Assembly (NCBI GenBank): GCA_902784805.1
Contig: CACZWD010000014.1
Location: 1-56,298 of the forward strand
Source of the DNA: an uncultured Ruminococcus sp.
GTDB taxonomy: Bacteria > Bacillota > Clostridia > RUG12999
DNA: 56,298 nucleotides
Direction: 5' to 3'
Under the pieces are notes generated by a model that worked only from the letters and a program-made list of their open reading frames with translations, ran no database searches and was not told the DNA's origin. Positions 36,801-45,067 of the stretch are shown here, in pieces (position 1 is the first letter of the stretch; each line of letters opens with the position of its first letter). A program made the position numbers and the translations under genes.

Positions 36801-37318
36801 ATGATATGTATTGCAAGCTGCTCGGTAATGCGGTTGCGCAGGCAAAGGGAGAAAAAACAAAAGAAGAAATTGTTACAACGGTTGACCTTAAAACCGACGC
36901 GTTTATTCCCGAAAGCTATATAGAAAGTGAAAATACCAGAATAGAAATGTATAAACGTATTTCAGGCATAGAGTCGGAAGACGATTTATCTGAGGTTATA
37001 AGCGAGCTTATCGACCGTTTTTCGGAACCTCCAAAATGCGTAATCAACCTTATGAATATTGCGCTTATAGGAAAATATGCCTCGCGCTGCGGCATAAGTG
37101 AAATTGCGCAAAACGGTGATTTTATAAACTTTTACACCGACTGTTCAACGGAAAAGAAAAAATATACAGTCAGGCAGTTTTGTTTAAAACATAAGCAAAG
37201 CCTTATGTTTATTGAAGATAAAAAACCTCATATCATTATGAGAATAACAAACGAAAAAAAACTTTTTGACAATATTAAATTTATGTTACAGGACTTTAAT
37301 ATATTGCAAAACAGCTGA
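33872..37318 (+). CDS. mfd: Transcription-repair coupling factor
   Basis: 1148 aa with a UvrB-like N-terminus, an RNAP-interacting domain (YVVHHIHGIGRY) and superfamily-2 helicase motifs (GDVGFGKTEVA, DEEQRFG). Conserved pth-mfd linkage. Confidence 0.95.
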   Translation: MSRFSEVIENKAEYKNIVDYFKRGLETVTVTGLPDGAKAHFLSCFVNDTGKNLIYIAPTETDAKAAAEDFRFFAGESAEVAFFPQKEYVFHNIDAMNSDVTYERINCLHILKYSDKPVIITASAAAAAQYTMPPEIYDEIVIKAGDFINQNELLKKLVFMGYLRAESVEGAGQFSIRGGIVDIFSPSELYPVRLEFWDDEIDTLRSFDPQSQISVKSVPEAHITPCRELVYSKETAEKVIKKISASPTEALQKDAESFASKHYFSAADKYMPYIYGKPHTITDYFYDGICVFDNPQTVNAKIKNLYEQMAEETSNLAEKGLIKFPKGAEYVRNFAYISNHGRFKIALEPITAHNNLLSSNASVNFNARAAQQYTGKTELIIEDIDFWHSGGYGINIIVGSKTKAEAFGETLKERGKLPVIKASGEPALKGEIAISVGTLKNGFEYPAEKFAIICDKELFGGERVHKKTRQMPGTRIKSYNDLEVGDYVVHHIHGIGRYLGLHRMEVDGIKKDYLKILYREGDILYIPAASLHLINKYIASEGGSVKLNKMGGAEFSRVKGRVQKSVEEMAAKLVKIYAARLNAKGHAFASDTDWQKNFEDDFPYEETEDQLKCIEEVKRDMESEKPMDRLLCGDVGFGKTEVALRAAFKAVVDGKQVAYLVPTTVLAKQHYNTFSGRMARYPINVEMLSRFKSAAQQKKIIKSLKDGSTDVVIGTHRLLQKDVCYKDLGLLIVDEEQRFGVADKEKIKELKNTIDVLTLSATPIPRTMHMAMIGIRDMSVINEPPEDRRPVQTFVMEYDREVIKEAILKELDRGGQVYYVYNRIEGIERAAAEIQAMAPDAKIVVGHGRMNERELESIMLSVMDGEADILVCTTIIETGLDIPNVNTIIVENADRMGLSQLYQLRGRVGRSYRTSYAYFTYKKNKEINETAEKRLKSIREFTEFGSGFKIALRDLAIRGAGNVLGPQQHGAMDAVGYDMYCKLLGNAVAQAKGEKTKEEIVTTVDLKTDAFIPESYIESENTRIEMYKRISGIESEDDLSEVISELIDRFSEPPKCVINLMNIALIGKYASRCGISEIAQNGDFINFYTDCSTEKKKYTVRQFCLKHKQSLMFIEDKKPHIIMRITNEKKLFDNIKFMLQDFNILQNS

Positions 37319-37364
37319 ATATGATGTATAATATTATTGGCAGATTATATTTAAACTGAAGGGA

Positions 37365-38429
37365 ATGATAAAAATGATAAAAAAATATTTTGCGGTAATT
37401 TTAGCGTTGGTTCTTGCTTTATCGGTATTATCGGGCTGCGGCGAGCAGATAAAGAAAGATGAAAAAGTTGTTGTCAGCGTAAACGGCGAGGATATTACCG
37501 AAGGTGAATTTATGTATTACCTTCTTATCGCTAAAAATACCATTATATCGGCAGGTGACGGTGAAGATAACGAGGAATATTGGAAAACAACCGAAATCGA
37601 AGGCAAAAACGCCGGCGAGGTCGCAAGAGAAACGGCTCTTAAAAATGCCGTGGAGCTTACCGTTATGGCACAAAAAGCGACAGAAATGGGCGTTGATAAC
37701 AGCGACCACGTGCGCCGTGAAAAAAGGCAGAATTTTATAAAACAAAGCTTTGGCGGAAGTGAAAACGATTATATTTCACGTATTACGGAGCTTGGGCTTA
37801 CTGACGAAAATGTTACAAAGGTTGTAATAAAGGATTATCTTGCCGGCGAGCTCAGCAGCAAAGTTGATATTGACGAACCGAGCGATGAGCAAATCCGTGA
37901 ATATTACGATAAAAACTATTACAGGGCAAAACATATACTCATAGCGTTTTCAAACTATGAGTCGGATAATTCCGACGGTCATGCCGAAGCTCTTAAAAAA
38001 GCCGAAGAAGTAAAGGCTTTAATTGACGGCGGCGCGGATTTTGAAAGTCTGATTGCCGAATATAATGAAGATACCGCAATAAACGATTCTTCAATGGGCT
38101 ATGTCTTCACGAAAGACGTTATGGTTAAAGCTTTTGAGGACGCGACAAAAGCGCTTTCGGTCGGTGAAATAAGCGATATTGTTGAAACCGACTACGGCTA
38201 CCATATAATAAAACGTCTTGATGCCGCCGCGGTTTATGATGAGTTTTTAAGCTCAAAATCAAGGCTTGACCAAAAAGGTGAAAAAACGGGAAAAGATGAA
38301 ATTATATCATTTACAAAACAGGAACAGCTTAAAGTTATGGTAGAACAATGGAAGGACGAATCCGAAATCAAAACGAATGATGATGTTCTTAAAGCAATTC
38401 CTCTGACAACAAAGGAAGATAAAAAATAA
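37365..38429 (+). CDS. prsA: PrsA/SurA-like parvulin peptidyl-prolyl isomerase lipoprotein
   Basis: 354 aa with a signal peptide and lipobox (LSVLSGCG) and a parvulin domain (YRAKHILIAF...GYVFTKDVMVKAFEDA...DYGYHIIKR). Confidence 0.8.
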   Translation: MIKMIKKYFAVILALVLALSVLSGCGEQIKKDEKVVVSVNGEDITEGEFMYYLLIAKNTIISAGDGEDNEEYWKTTEIEGKNAGEVARETALKNAVELTVMAQKATEMGVDNSDHVRREKRQNFIKQSFGGSENDYISRITELGLTDENVTKVVIKDYLAGELSSKVDIDEPSDEQIREYYDKNYYRAKHILIAFSNYESDNSDGHAEALKKAEEVKALIDGGADFESLIAEYNEDTAINDSSMGYVFTKDVMVKAFEDATKALSVGEISDIVETDYGYHIIKRLDAAAVYDEFLSSKSRLDQKGEKTGKDEIISFTKQEQLKVMVEQWKDESEIKTNDDVLKAIPLTTKEDKK

Positions 38430-38459
38430 AAAAATTTTACAGAAAGGATATGATAAAAT

Positions 38460-39974
38460 ATGAAAAAAATTTTTACATTGATGCTTTTGTTTGTTCTTTG
38501 TATGACTATGGGCGTATATGCGAAGGACATAAATCTTGACTTTTTGGATGATGCGGTTTTAAATTCCTCTTATACAGGAAATATGACAATAACTATAGAT
38601 AAACCGCTTGAAGTAATTACCGTACTTGAAAAAGGCGGTTATCTTAACAGTGTCAACAAGTTTATTGATTTACGCGCGCTTTTGGAAGGCCTTGCAGACT
38701 CTGACATTAAGCTTAACTGTAAAATAAACGCAAATAAAGATTTAACAAAAATTAGAACTGCCGTTGAATATGATGTGTTTGTGCCAACAGTTGTTAATCC
38801 TAATCTCAAAATGCATATAACTGCCAGAAATGGTATATGGATGGATTATGACATTTCTGGCGCTGAACCAAAGCTTGATATGATAATGAGATATCCCATA
38901 TTTAACAAATATCTGCATGTAACTGAACAAGATTCTATGGGAAAATCTATGATTGAAAGCTTTATGAGTATATATGGCGGAGAGCAAAATTTTTTAGATA
39001 CCGTAAAAGAATTTATGATTAAATATGCAGATATTACATTCAGCGGCAATACATATACTGTTAAGCTTGATAATGCCTCAGTATGTCATGTGCTTAAAGA
39101 TTATTTTGAATATTTTTCGGAAAATATGAAGAAAAATACCGAACAAACAATGACTGAGTATTCGGAATATTTTGATGATAATTATGATTTCGACGATTAT
39201 TCACCATATGATAATATGATGTCGGAAGTAGAAAACTTCTTTGAAAAAACTACCATTATAGGTGAAGAAGGCATAACAACAAAATATGTGAAAGGTTTTG
39301 GCGGAAAGCTTAAATCCGAGGAATCTATTATTCCGATTGATATAAACTTATATAAGTTGCTTGAAGCAGCAGACGCAGAAATCCCGGTCGGACTTACCGA
39401 GAAAAACAGCAGTATTGCCTTTACAATAAAAACGACCGCGGACTACACGAATGTCGGAACAACAAAAAAAATTGATTTTCCGCAGCTGACAGAAGATAAT
39501 TCATTTACCTTTGATGATTTAAATCCGTTTGGCTATGATGATTATGACGGTTATTATGATGATTATAAACGAACAAATTTTGACGGTTGGGTAAATGTCC
39601 AGTCAGACAGCGTTATTAAAGACGGAGATGTTCTTTATGTGCCTTTCCGTGAAGCAATTGAAAACGCCTGCTCGTATGAGCTTTATGACGAAGGCGACGA
39701 AGATAATCCGTATTACACAATAAGCTATGTTGACGGCTGGGTGAGCTTTAATTCAAGACTTTCGGATTTTGGTGTTCTGGAATTTAAAGTCGGCAGAAAC
39801 GACTACTATTATAAGGACGGAACATATAATTTCGGCGCGCCCAAGCTAATTAATGACAGAGTATGGGTTGACGCGAAGCTTTTTGAAAGCGTATTCGGCT
39901 GGAAAATTGAGGATATAACCTGGGATTATATCACAAATATTTTAAATGTCAGCTTTTCAAGCTATAATTATTAA
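38460..39974 (+). CDS. Secreted hypothetical protein with C-terminal copper-amine-oxidase-N-like 'stalk' domain
   Basis: 504 aa with a signal peptide (MKKIFTLMLLFVLCMTMGVYA) and D/Y-rich linkers. The C-terminal VLYVPFREAIE...RVWVDAKLFESVFGW resembles the Cu_amine_oxidN1 fold. Function unknown. Confidence 0.4.
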   Translation: MKKIFTLMLLFVLCMTMGVYAKDINLDFLDDAVLNSSYTGNMTITIDKPLEVITVLEKGGYLNSVNKFIDLRALLEGLADSDIKLNCKINANKDLTKIRTAVEYDVFVPTVVNPNLKMHITARNGIWMDYDISGAEPKLDMIMRYPIFNKYLHVTEQDSMGKSMIESFMSIYGGEQNFLDTVKEFMIKYADITFSGNTYTVKLDNASVCHVLKDYFEYFSENMKKNTEQTMTEYSEYFDDNYDFDDYSPYDNMMSEVENFFEKTTIIGEEGITTKYVKGFGGKLKSEESIIPIDINLYKLLEAADAEIPVGLTEKNSSIAFTIKTTADYTNVGTTKKIDFPQLTEDNSFTFDDLNPFGYDDYDGYYDDYKRTNFDGWVNVQSDSVIKDGDVLYVPFREAIENACSYELYDEGDEDNPYYTISYVDGWVSFNSRLSDFGVLEFKVGRNDYYYKDGTYNFGAPKLINDRVWVDAKLFESVFGWKIEDITWDYITNILNVSFSSYNY

Positions 39975-39986
39975 TTGCTTATAAAA

Positions 39987-40018
39987 CTGCGCCGCAAGTT
40001 TTTTGCGGCGCAGTTTTT
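39987..40018 (+). terminator. Rho-independent terminator
   Basis: CTGCGCCGCAA (39987-39997) pairs with TTGCGGCGCAG (40003-40013), followed by TTTTT. Confidence 0.85.
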
Positions 40019-40106
40019 ACGTTTGCGCTTTTTAAAAGAGAATATGAATAATAATACTGTCGTTTATTATTTTTATACATAAACTGTTTTTATTTAGAGG
40101 TGTGCT

Positions 40107-40337
40107 ATGAATAAATATTTTAAAGCTGATATTGGCAAAAGAATACAAGATATCCGGCAAAAAAAGAATATGACGCAAGAAGAATTTTCGGAAAAGGCAG
40201 GCATTATGAACGCACAGCAGGTGAGTAATATTGAACGAGGCGTTTCGGGTATTTCTCTTGAACGTTTTGCGGAAATTTGCAAGGTTCTTGATGCCTTTGC
40301 GGACTATCTTTTATTTGGACAATCTTTTAAAAATTAG
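40107..40337 (+). CDS. XRE-family HTH transcriptional regulator (ends at an in-frame TAG; frame stays open to 40457)
   Basis: 76 aa. IGKRIQDIRQKKNMTQEEFSEKAGIMNAQQVSNIERGVSGISLERFAEICKVL is an HTH_3 domain. A further 39 sense codons follow the TAG. Confidence 0.75.
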   Translation: MNKYFKADIGKRIQDIRQKKNMTQEEFSEKAGIMNAQQVSNIERGVSGISLERFAEICKVLDAFADYLLFGQSFKN

Positions 40338-40464
40338 GAAAGGACAATTCAGAAATATTTAGAAAGTATGACGCCTGATGAAGCGAAAGCCCTTGTTGAA
40401 ATTGTAGAGATATATGCAAAATCCTGCAAGAGAGACAAAAAAATTGACGGTCGTTAATATACAA

Positions 40465-40496
40465 AGCGGAACAGGCAAAAGCCTGTTCCGCTTTTA
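40465..40496. terminator. Rho-independent terminator shared by convergent XRE and relQ genes
   Basis: AGCGGAACAGGC (40465-40476), loop AAAA, then GCCTGTTCCGCT (40481-40492), followed by TTTT. Confidence 0.8.
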
Positions 40497-40514
40497 AAAC
40501 CGTTTATCCGATTA

Positions 40515-41222
40515 TCAGACAATATCTTTTCCATTCCCCGTTTCGGTCATTTTAACAACCTTATCGTGGATTTCCTCCATACGTTTGTCAAGCCCCGCGC
40601 CTATCTCGGCGCAAAGAAGAAGCTCGCTGTTTATTTCATCGGTTATTGTCACGTTTTTCTTATATCTTATTTTATGTTCAAGGCTTGCCCACCAATCCAT
40701 AGAAATTGTCCGGAATTGGACTTCCACTTTCATAAGCTTTTTCTTATCGTGAAGAAAAATGGGTGTTTCCACAATAAGATGCAAACTTCGATAACCGTTA
40801 GGTTTTGGAGTGTTTATGTAATCCTTTTTTTCTATAACGGTAATATCGTCCTGCCCCGCAAGAGCGTCGGCAAGCATAAAAATATCCGAAGGAAAACCAC
40901 AAACAACACGTATGCCGGCAATGTCATAAATGTTTTTTTCAATATTTTCAACGGTTGGCTCAATGTCTCTGCGGTGAAGCTTATTCATAATGCTTTCGGG
41001 TGTTTTAAGCCTTGTTTTAATCGCCTCAATAGGATTTCTGTCATATTGAAGCGAAAACTCCTCGTTAAGCACATTAAACTTTGTGGAAACCTCAAGCATT
41101 GCGCATCGATAATATGCCATAAGCTCCTTAAACGGAAGCGTTTGTTCTTCTATAAACTCGGCAAAATGCTCATAAAGATTTTTTTCAAGCGCGTTTTTTA
41201 TTTCTTCATTAAAAATCTGCAT
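40515..41222 (-). CDS. relQ: Small alarmone synthetase (RelQ/RelP-type GTP pyrophosphokinase)
   Basis: 235 aa. YRCAMLEVSTKF...IKTRLKTPESIMNKL...DIAGIRVVC...KPNGYRSLHLIV...VEVQFRTISMDWWASLEHKIRYK. Confidence 0.9.
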   Translation of the reverse strand: MQIFNEEIKNALEKNLYEHFAEFIEEQTLPFKELMAYYRCAMLEVSTKFNVLNEEFSLQYDRNPIEAIKTRLKTPESIMNKLHRRDIEPTVENIEKNIYDIAGIRVVCGFPSDIFMLADALAGQDDITVIEKKDYINTPKPNGYRSLHLIVETPIFLHDKKKLMKVEVQFRTISMDWWASLEHKIRYKKNVTITDEINSELLLCAEIGAGLDKRMEEIHDKVVKMTETGNGKDIV

Positions 41223-41249
41223 ATTAATCTCCTATTGAAACGATAAAGC

Positions 41250-41768
41250 TCAATTATTCGGCAGATAGGTAACGTACATAACGCCCCTTGTGGCTTCAGA
41301 ATTATTGTAATATGAGAGCTTTATATCACTTCCCGCGCTTTTCCATGCGGTTACAAGAGTATTTTCATCATTTTTATCGGCAGCGTCCTCAAGATAAGGC
41401 GCGCCGTAAACATCTGTCATCAAACTCTTCATGTTATTATATGATTTATCAGTAAGCTTCGTGGTTTTAAGCCTATATTCTATTTTGTAAAGCTTATCCT
41501 CACCGTTAAAATAATAAAGCAAATCAACATTATTATACGTATTTACCCCAAGCTCTACAATAGGCTGCGTAACGTCCGTATCATAATAGCGCAAAAAATT
41601 TTCATCATAGCCAACAAACTCTGCCTGTTCGTTTTTTCTTATTTCGGTTCTTGTCATACCCCATTTTATGTCACGGAGACCTGTTGCTGTCATATCTTTT
41701 TTACCGCAAGAGCAAAAAACAAATGCAGGCAGCAGCAATAAAACCGAAATCAAGATACTTTTTTTCAT
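41250..41768 (-). CDS. Hypothetical lipoprotein
   Basis: 172 aa with a signal peptide and a Cys-containing lipobox-like end (LLLPAFVFCSCG). I recognise no family. Confidence 0.5.
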   Translation of the reverse strand: MKKSILISVLLLLPAFVFCSCGKKDMTATGLRDIKWGMTRTEIRKNEQAEFVGYDENFLRYYDTDVTQPIVELGVNTYNNVDLLYYFNGEDKLYKIEYRLKTTKLTDKSYNNMKSLMTDVYGAPYLEDAADKNDENTLVTAWKSAGSDIKLSYYNNSEATRGVMYVTYLPNN

Positions 41769-41989
41769 ATTGCAATATCCATCCTTTTAAAAAGATAAAA
41801 CTATATAATCATAAATCTACTTTACATATATATTATTATACAATATAAAAGACAATATTTCAAGAGCTTTTTTTAATTTCTGTAAAAAAAATGAAACATT
41901 GTTGAAATCTTTCAGAGTTTTTATCTTTTAAAAATTAAAATGTTAATAAAATATGGAAAATCAAGCAATATAACCTAAGCACAAATGTT

Positions 41990-42140
41990 CTTCGCCTCTA
42001 TAGGCGGCGGGTTCCATTTCAGAATTTTAGTGGGGGTTAATCCCCCACCGAAACCCTGAGGAACTAACGCTCCCTGCGCTCACTTGCAATCTATTCGGAG
42101 TTCTGCTCCTTGCAAGCAAAGCAGGAGCGTTGCTCCGACT
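41990..42140. other. GC-rich structured non-coding island A
   Basis: About 54% G+C by hand count, in flanks that are very AT-rich. Hairpin GTGGGGG-TTAAT-CCCCCAC (42030-42048). Nested 44-nt hairpin at 42095-42138 (TCGGAG...CTCCGA enclosing GCTCCTTGC-AAGCAAA-GCAGGAGC). Confidence 0.5.
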
Positions 42141-42436
42141 TAAATTATGGAAAACCATATGGAAAATGTGGAAACAACAAAAAAACGAAAAAAGACGCTC
42201 TGATTTTATATTTATAGATGTTGAAAAATCAGACAAGCTTGTTGACATTTTACAGTTTGTAAACTTGTTGTAATATTTTTGTAAAATTAGTTTCACAAAA
42301 AAACAAAAAAAAGTTTGTTAAAAATGCACAATTTTATATAGAAGGATATAAGTAGATTATGGCGAATATATAATATATTATAGTATTTTGCTAAAAAATG
42401 AGGCAAAAGCTTTCACAGAAAGGCGTGATTGTAAAA

Positions 42437-44422
42437 ATGAAAACATACGATAGGCAAAACATAAGAAACATTTGTCTTATAGGTAAAAACAAAGCAGGAA
42501 AAACTTCGGTTGCGGAAGCTCTCCTTTTTGCGGCAGGAAAAACTTCCAGGCTTGGAAAAGTAGATTCCGGAAACAGCGTCTGCGATTTTGATACCGAAGA
42601 AACAAAACGAAAAATGTCGGTCAGGCTTGCAATTGCCTCTTTTGAATATAACGGTAACAAAATGAATATTATCGATGCCCCGGGGTACTATGATTTTTTG
42701 GCTGATAGAATAAGCGCTATGGAGCTTGCTGACAGCGCTCTTGTGGTTATAAGCGGCAAATCAGGGCTTGGCGCGAGCGGTTCGGTCGCTGTTGAAAAAG
42801 TTCGTGAAAAAGATCTCCCGCTTATGTTTTTTGTTAATAAGATGGATCATGAAAATGCCGATTTTAATAATGTTGTTGATGAACTGAAAAATAAATACGG
42901 CAGCGGTGCCGTTCCGGTAATGCTCCCCATAAGAGAAGGCGGCAAGCTTATGGGCTTTGTCGATGTTGCCGAAAGCAAAGCATATCGTTTTGAAAACGGC
43001 GGCAAAAATGAAATTGATGTTCCCGAAAATATGTATGCGGAACTTCAAAACACAAAAGCGGAGCTTTGTGAGGCAATTGCTGAAGCGGACGAAACACTTC
43101 TCGAAAAGTTTTTCTCTGACAGTCCGTTTACAAAAGAAGATTTTAAAATCGGTATCGCAAAAGCAATAGCTGCCAAAACACTTATGCCGATTGCTTGCGG
43201 AAGTGCTCTTGAAAATGTCGGCGTAGATAACCTTCTTGAAAGATTGCCTGAATATATGCCCGCGCCTGCCGAAGCAGATAATGCGGCACCGTTTAAAGCT
43301 CAGGTTTTCAAAACTGTTATTGACCCGTTTGTTGGAAAACTTACAATTATGAAAATTCTTTCGGGTACAATCAAAGAAAACTCAACGGTATATAATGCAA
43401 ATAAAGATGAAAATGAGAAAATAGGTCAAGTTCTCGTTCTTTGCGGAAAGGATAAAGAGGAAATCCCATCTGCTGTTGCCGGAGATATTTTTGCGGCGGC
43501 GAAGCTTTCTGTCACAGGTACGGGAGATACGTTATGCGTCGCAAAAGATGAAGCACTTCCCGAAATTGTTTTTCCAAAGCCAAATTATCATTTAGCAGTT
43601 ATCCCCAAAAACAGAGGCGATGAAGATAAAATCAGTGCAGGACTTTCAAAACTTGCCGATGAAGATATGACATTTAAATTCAGAAATAATCCCGAAACAC
43701 ATCAGCTTGTTATTTCAGGTATGGGCGACCAACAGCTTGATGTTATGATAAGCCGTCTGAAAGCTATGGGAACAGAGGTAAATCTTGAAAAGCCAAAGGT
43801 TTCCTACCGTGAAACAATAACACGACCTTTAACCGCCGAGGGTAAATATAAAAAACAATCGGGCGGTCACGGTCAGTACGGTCATGTCATTATTGATTTT
43901 TCACCTTGTAACAGTGAAGAGCTTGTTTTTGAGGAGCAAATTTTCGGAGGAAGCGTACCAAAAAATTTCCACCCTGCTGTTGAAAAAGGTATAAAGGAAA
44001 TGATGGAACAGGGCATACGCGCGGGTTATAAAGTTGTTGGTATTAAAGCTGTACTTAAAGATGGCTCCTATCATGAGGTCGATTCGTCTGAAATGTCCTT
44101 TAAAATGGCGGCTCACGTTGCCTTTAAAGAACTTGAAAAAGCAGGGCCCGTGCTTCTTGAACCGATAGGTCATCTTGAAGTTCTGGTTCCCGATGAATTT
44201 ACGGGAGATATAATGGGCGATATTACCAAGCGCCGGGGAAGAGTTATCGGCATGGAAACCGGCAAAATAACTGCCGAAGTGCCTGAAGCGAATATGGACT
44301 CATACGCTATTGACCTGCGTGCCATTACAAGAGGACAGGGCGAGTTTACGTTTGAGTTTTCAGGTTATGAGCAAGTACCGGAATCTGTTGCCGAACAGGT
44401 TATAAAAAGCGCGAAAGACTAA
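42437..44422 (+). CDS. EF-G-like translational GTPase paralogue with non-canonical switch motifs
   Basis: The track ORF starts at 42398. Homology to EF-G N-termini favours ATG 42437 (MKTYDRQNIRNICLIGKNKAGKTS). All five EF-G domains are recognisable. G3 reads DAPGYYDF where EF-G has DTPGHVDF; NKMD is present. Confidence 0.8.
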   Translation: MKTYDRQNIRNICLIGKNKAGKTSVAEALLFAAGKTSRLGKVDSGNSVCDFDTEETKRKMSVRLAIASFEYNGNKMNIIDAPGYYDFLADRISAMELADSALVVISGKSGLGASGSVAVEKVREKDLPLMFFVNKMDHENADFNNVVDELKNKYGSGAVPVMLPIREGGKLMGFVDVAESKAYRFENGGKNEIDVPENMYAELQNTKAELCEAIAEADETLLEKFFSDSPFTKEDFKIGIAKAIAAKTLMPIACGSALENVGVDNLLERLPEYMPAPAEADNAAPFKAQVFKTVIDPFVGKLTIMKILSGTIKENSTVYNANKDENEKIGQVLVLCGKDKEEIPSAVAGDIFAAAKLSVTGTGDTLCVAKDEALPEIVFPKPNYHLAVIPKNRGDEDKISAGLSKLADEDMTFKFRNNPETHQLVISGMGDQQLDVMISRLKAMGTEVNLEKPKVSYRETITRPLTAEGKYKKQSGGHGQYGHVIIDFSPCNSEELVFEEQIFGGSVPKNFHPAVEKGIKEMMEQGIRAGYKVVGIKAVLKDGSYHEVDSSEMSFKMAAHVAFKELEKAGPVLLEPIGHLEVLVPDEFTGDIMGDITKRRGRVIGMETGKITAEVPEANMDSYAIDLRAITRGQGEFTFEFSGYEQVPESVAEQVIKSAKD

Positions 44423-44441
44423 ATTGAAAGGAATGACAAAT

Positions 44442-45059
44442 ATGCCGGGAAATATTATTACAATCGGCAGACAGTTTGGCAGTGGCGGAAGAAGTATCGC
44501 AAAGCACCTTGCCGAACGGCTTGGCATAAAATATTACGATAAAGAACTTATAACGATGTCGGCAAAAGAAAGTGGTATCAGCCCGGAAATATTTGAAAAG
44601 GTTGATGAAGCGGCAGCTAACAGTCTTCTATATTCCATGGTTATAGGTATGTATGGCGCGACAAGCCGTATGACTGATTACAGTGAACTTTCAATAAATG
44701 ACAAGATTTTTAAAATTCAGACAGAAATCATTAAAAAACTTGCCGACGAAGGTCCTTGTGTGATTGTGGGAAGGTGTGCGGATTATATTTTAAGAGAACG
44801 TACCGATTTGCTTAACGTGTTTATTTACAGCGATACCGAAAAAAGAATTGAACGTGCTGTAAATGAATACGGAATACAATCAAAAAATATTAAAGAGTTT
44901 ATTTTAAAGAGCGATAAAAAACGTTCAAACTACTATAATTTTTATACAGGCAAACGCTGGGGTGCTTCATGTAATTATCATCTTTGCCTCGACAGTGGAG
45001 TTTTCGGAATAGACGGAAGCGTTGAAATTATAGAGAAAGCACTAAATTGTATAAAATAA
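44442..45059 (+). CDS. Cytidylate-kinase-like (Cytidylate_kin2) family P-loop protein
   Basis: GNIITIGRQFGSGGRSIAKHLAERLGIKYYDKELI is the hallmark of this uncharacterised family. I prefer the ATG at 44442 (AAAGGAA RBS) over the TTG at 44424. Confidence 0.7.
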   Translation: MPGNIITIGRQFGSGGRSIAKHLAERLGIKYYDKELITMSAKESGISPEIFEKVDEAAANSLLYSMVIGMYGATSRMTDYSELSINDKIFKIQTEIIKKLADEGPCVIVGRCADYILRERTDLLNVFIYSDTEKRIERAVNEYGIQSKNIKEFILKSDKKRSNYYNFYTGKRWGASCNYHLCLDSGVFGIDGSVEIIEKALNCIK

Positions 45060-45067
45060 ATGAAAAT

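Noticed and set aside
40335-40337. The in-frame TAG in the XRE gene as pyrrolysine or genome-wide amber recoding.
   Set aside because: TAG is used as a genuine terminator elsewhere in the window (for example lon at 25409-25411, pepP at 31039-31041, and the Wzz-like gene at 11029-11027). No pyl genes are visible.
40107-41222. RelQ plus the neighbouring XRE gene as a toxSAS-type toxin-antitoxin pair.
   Set aside because: The synthetase has the full housekeeping RelQ/RelP sequence pattern. The XRE gene is convergent and separated by a terminator, and there is no small co-directional antitoxin ORF.
40566-41246. A 226-aa plus-strand ORF spanning relQ, and similar long antisense ORFs at 17192-17662, 18081-18545, 19765-20256, 27361-27885, 30261-30695, 34946-35377, 54101-54595 and 54801-55319.
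   Set aside because: All lie exactly antisense to well-supported genes. They have junk-like composition and lack RBSs, as expected from codon-usage-driven stop depletion in the antisense frame.
42025-42066. Island A as a tRNA remnant (T-arm-like GGGGGTTAATCCCCC) or a hammerhead-like ribozyme (GAAA ... CUGAGGA).
   Set aside because: The loop is 5 nt rather than the 7-nt TTCGAAT type, and no anticodon or acceptor arms can be built. The hammerhead core elements are in the wrong order and lack the required flanking helices.
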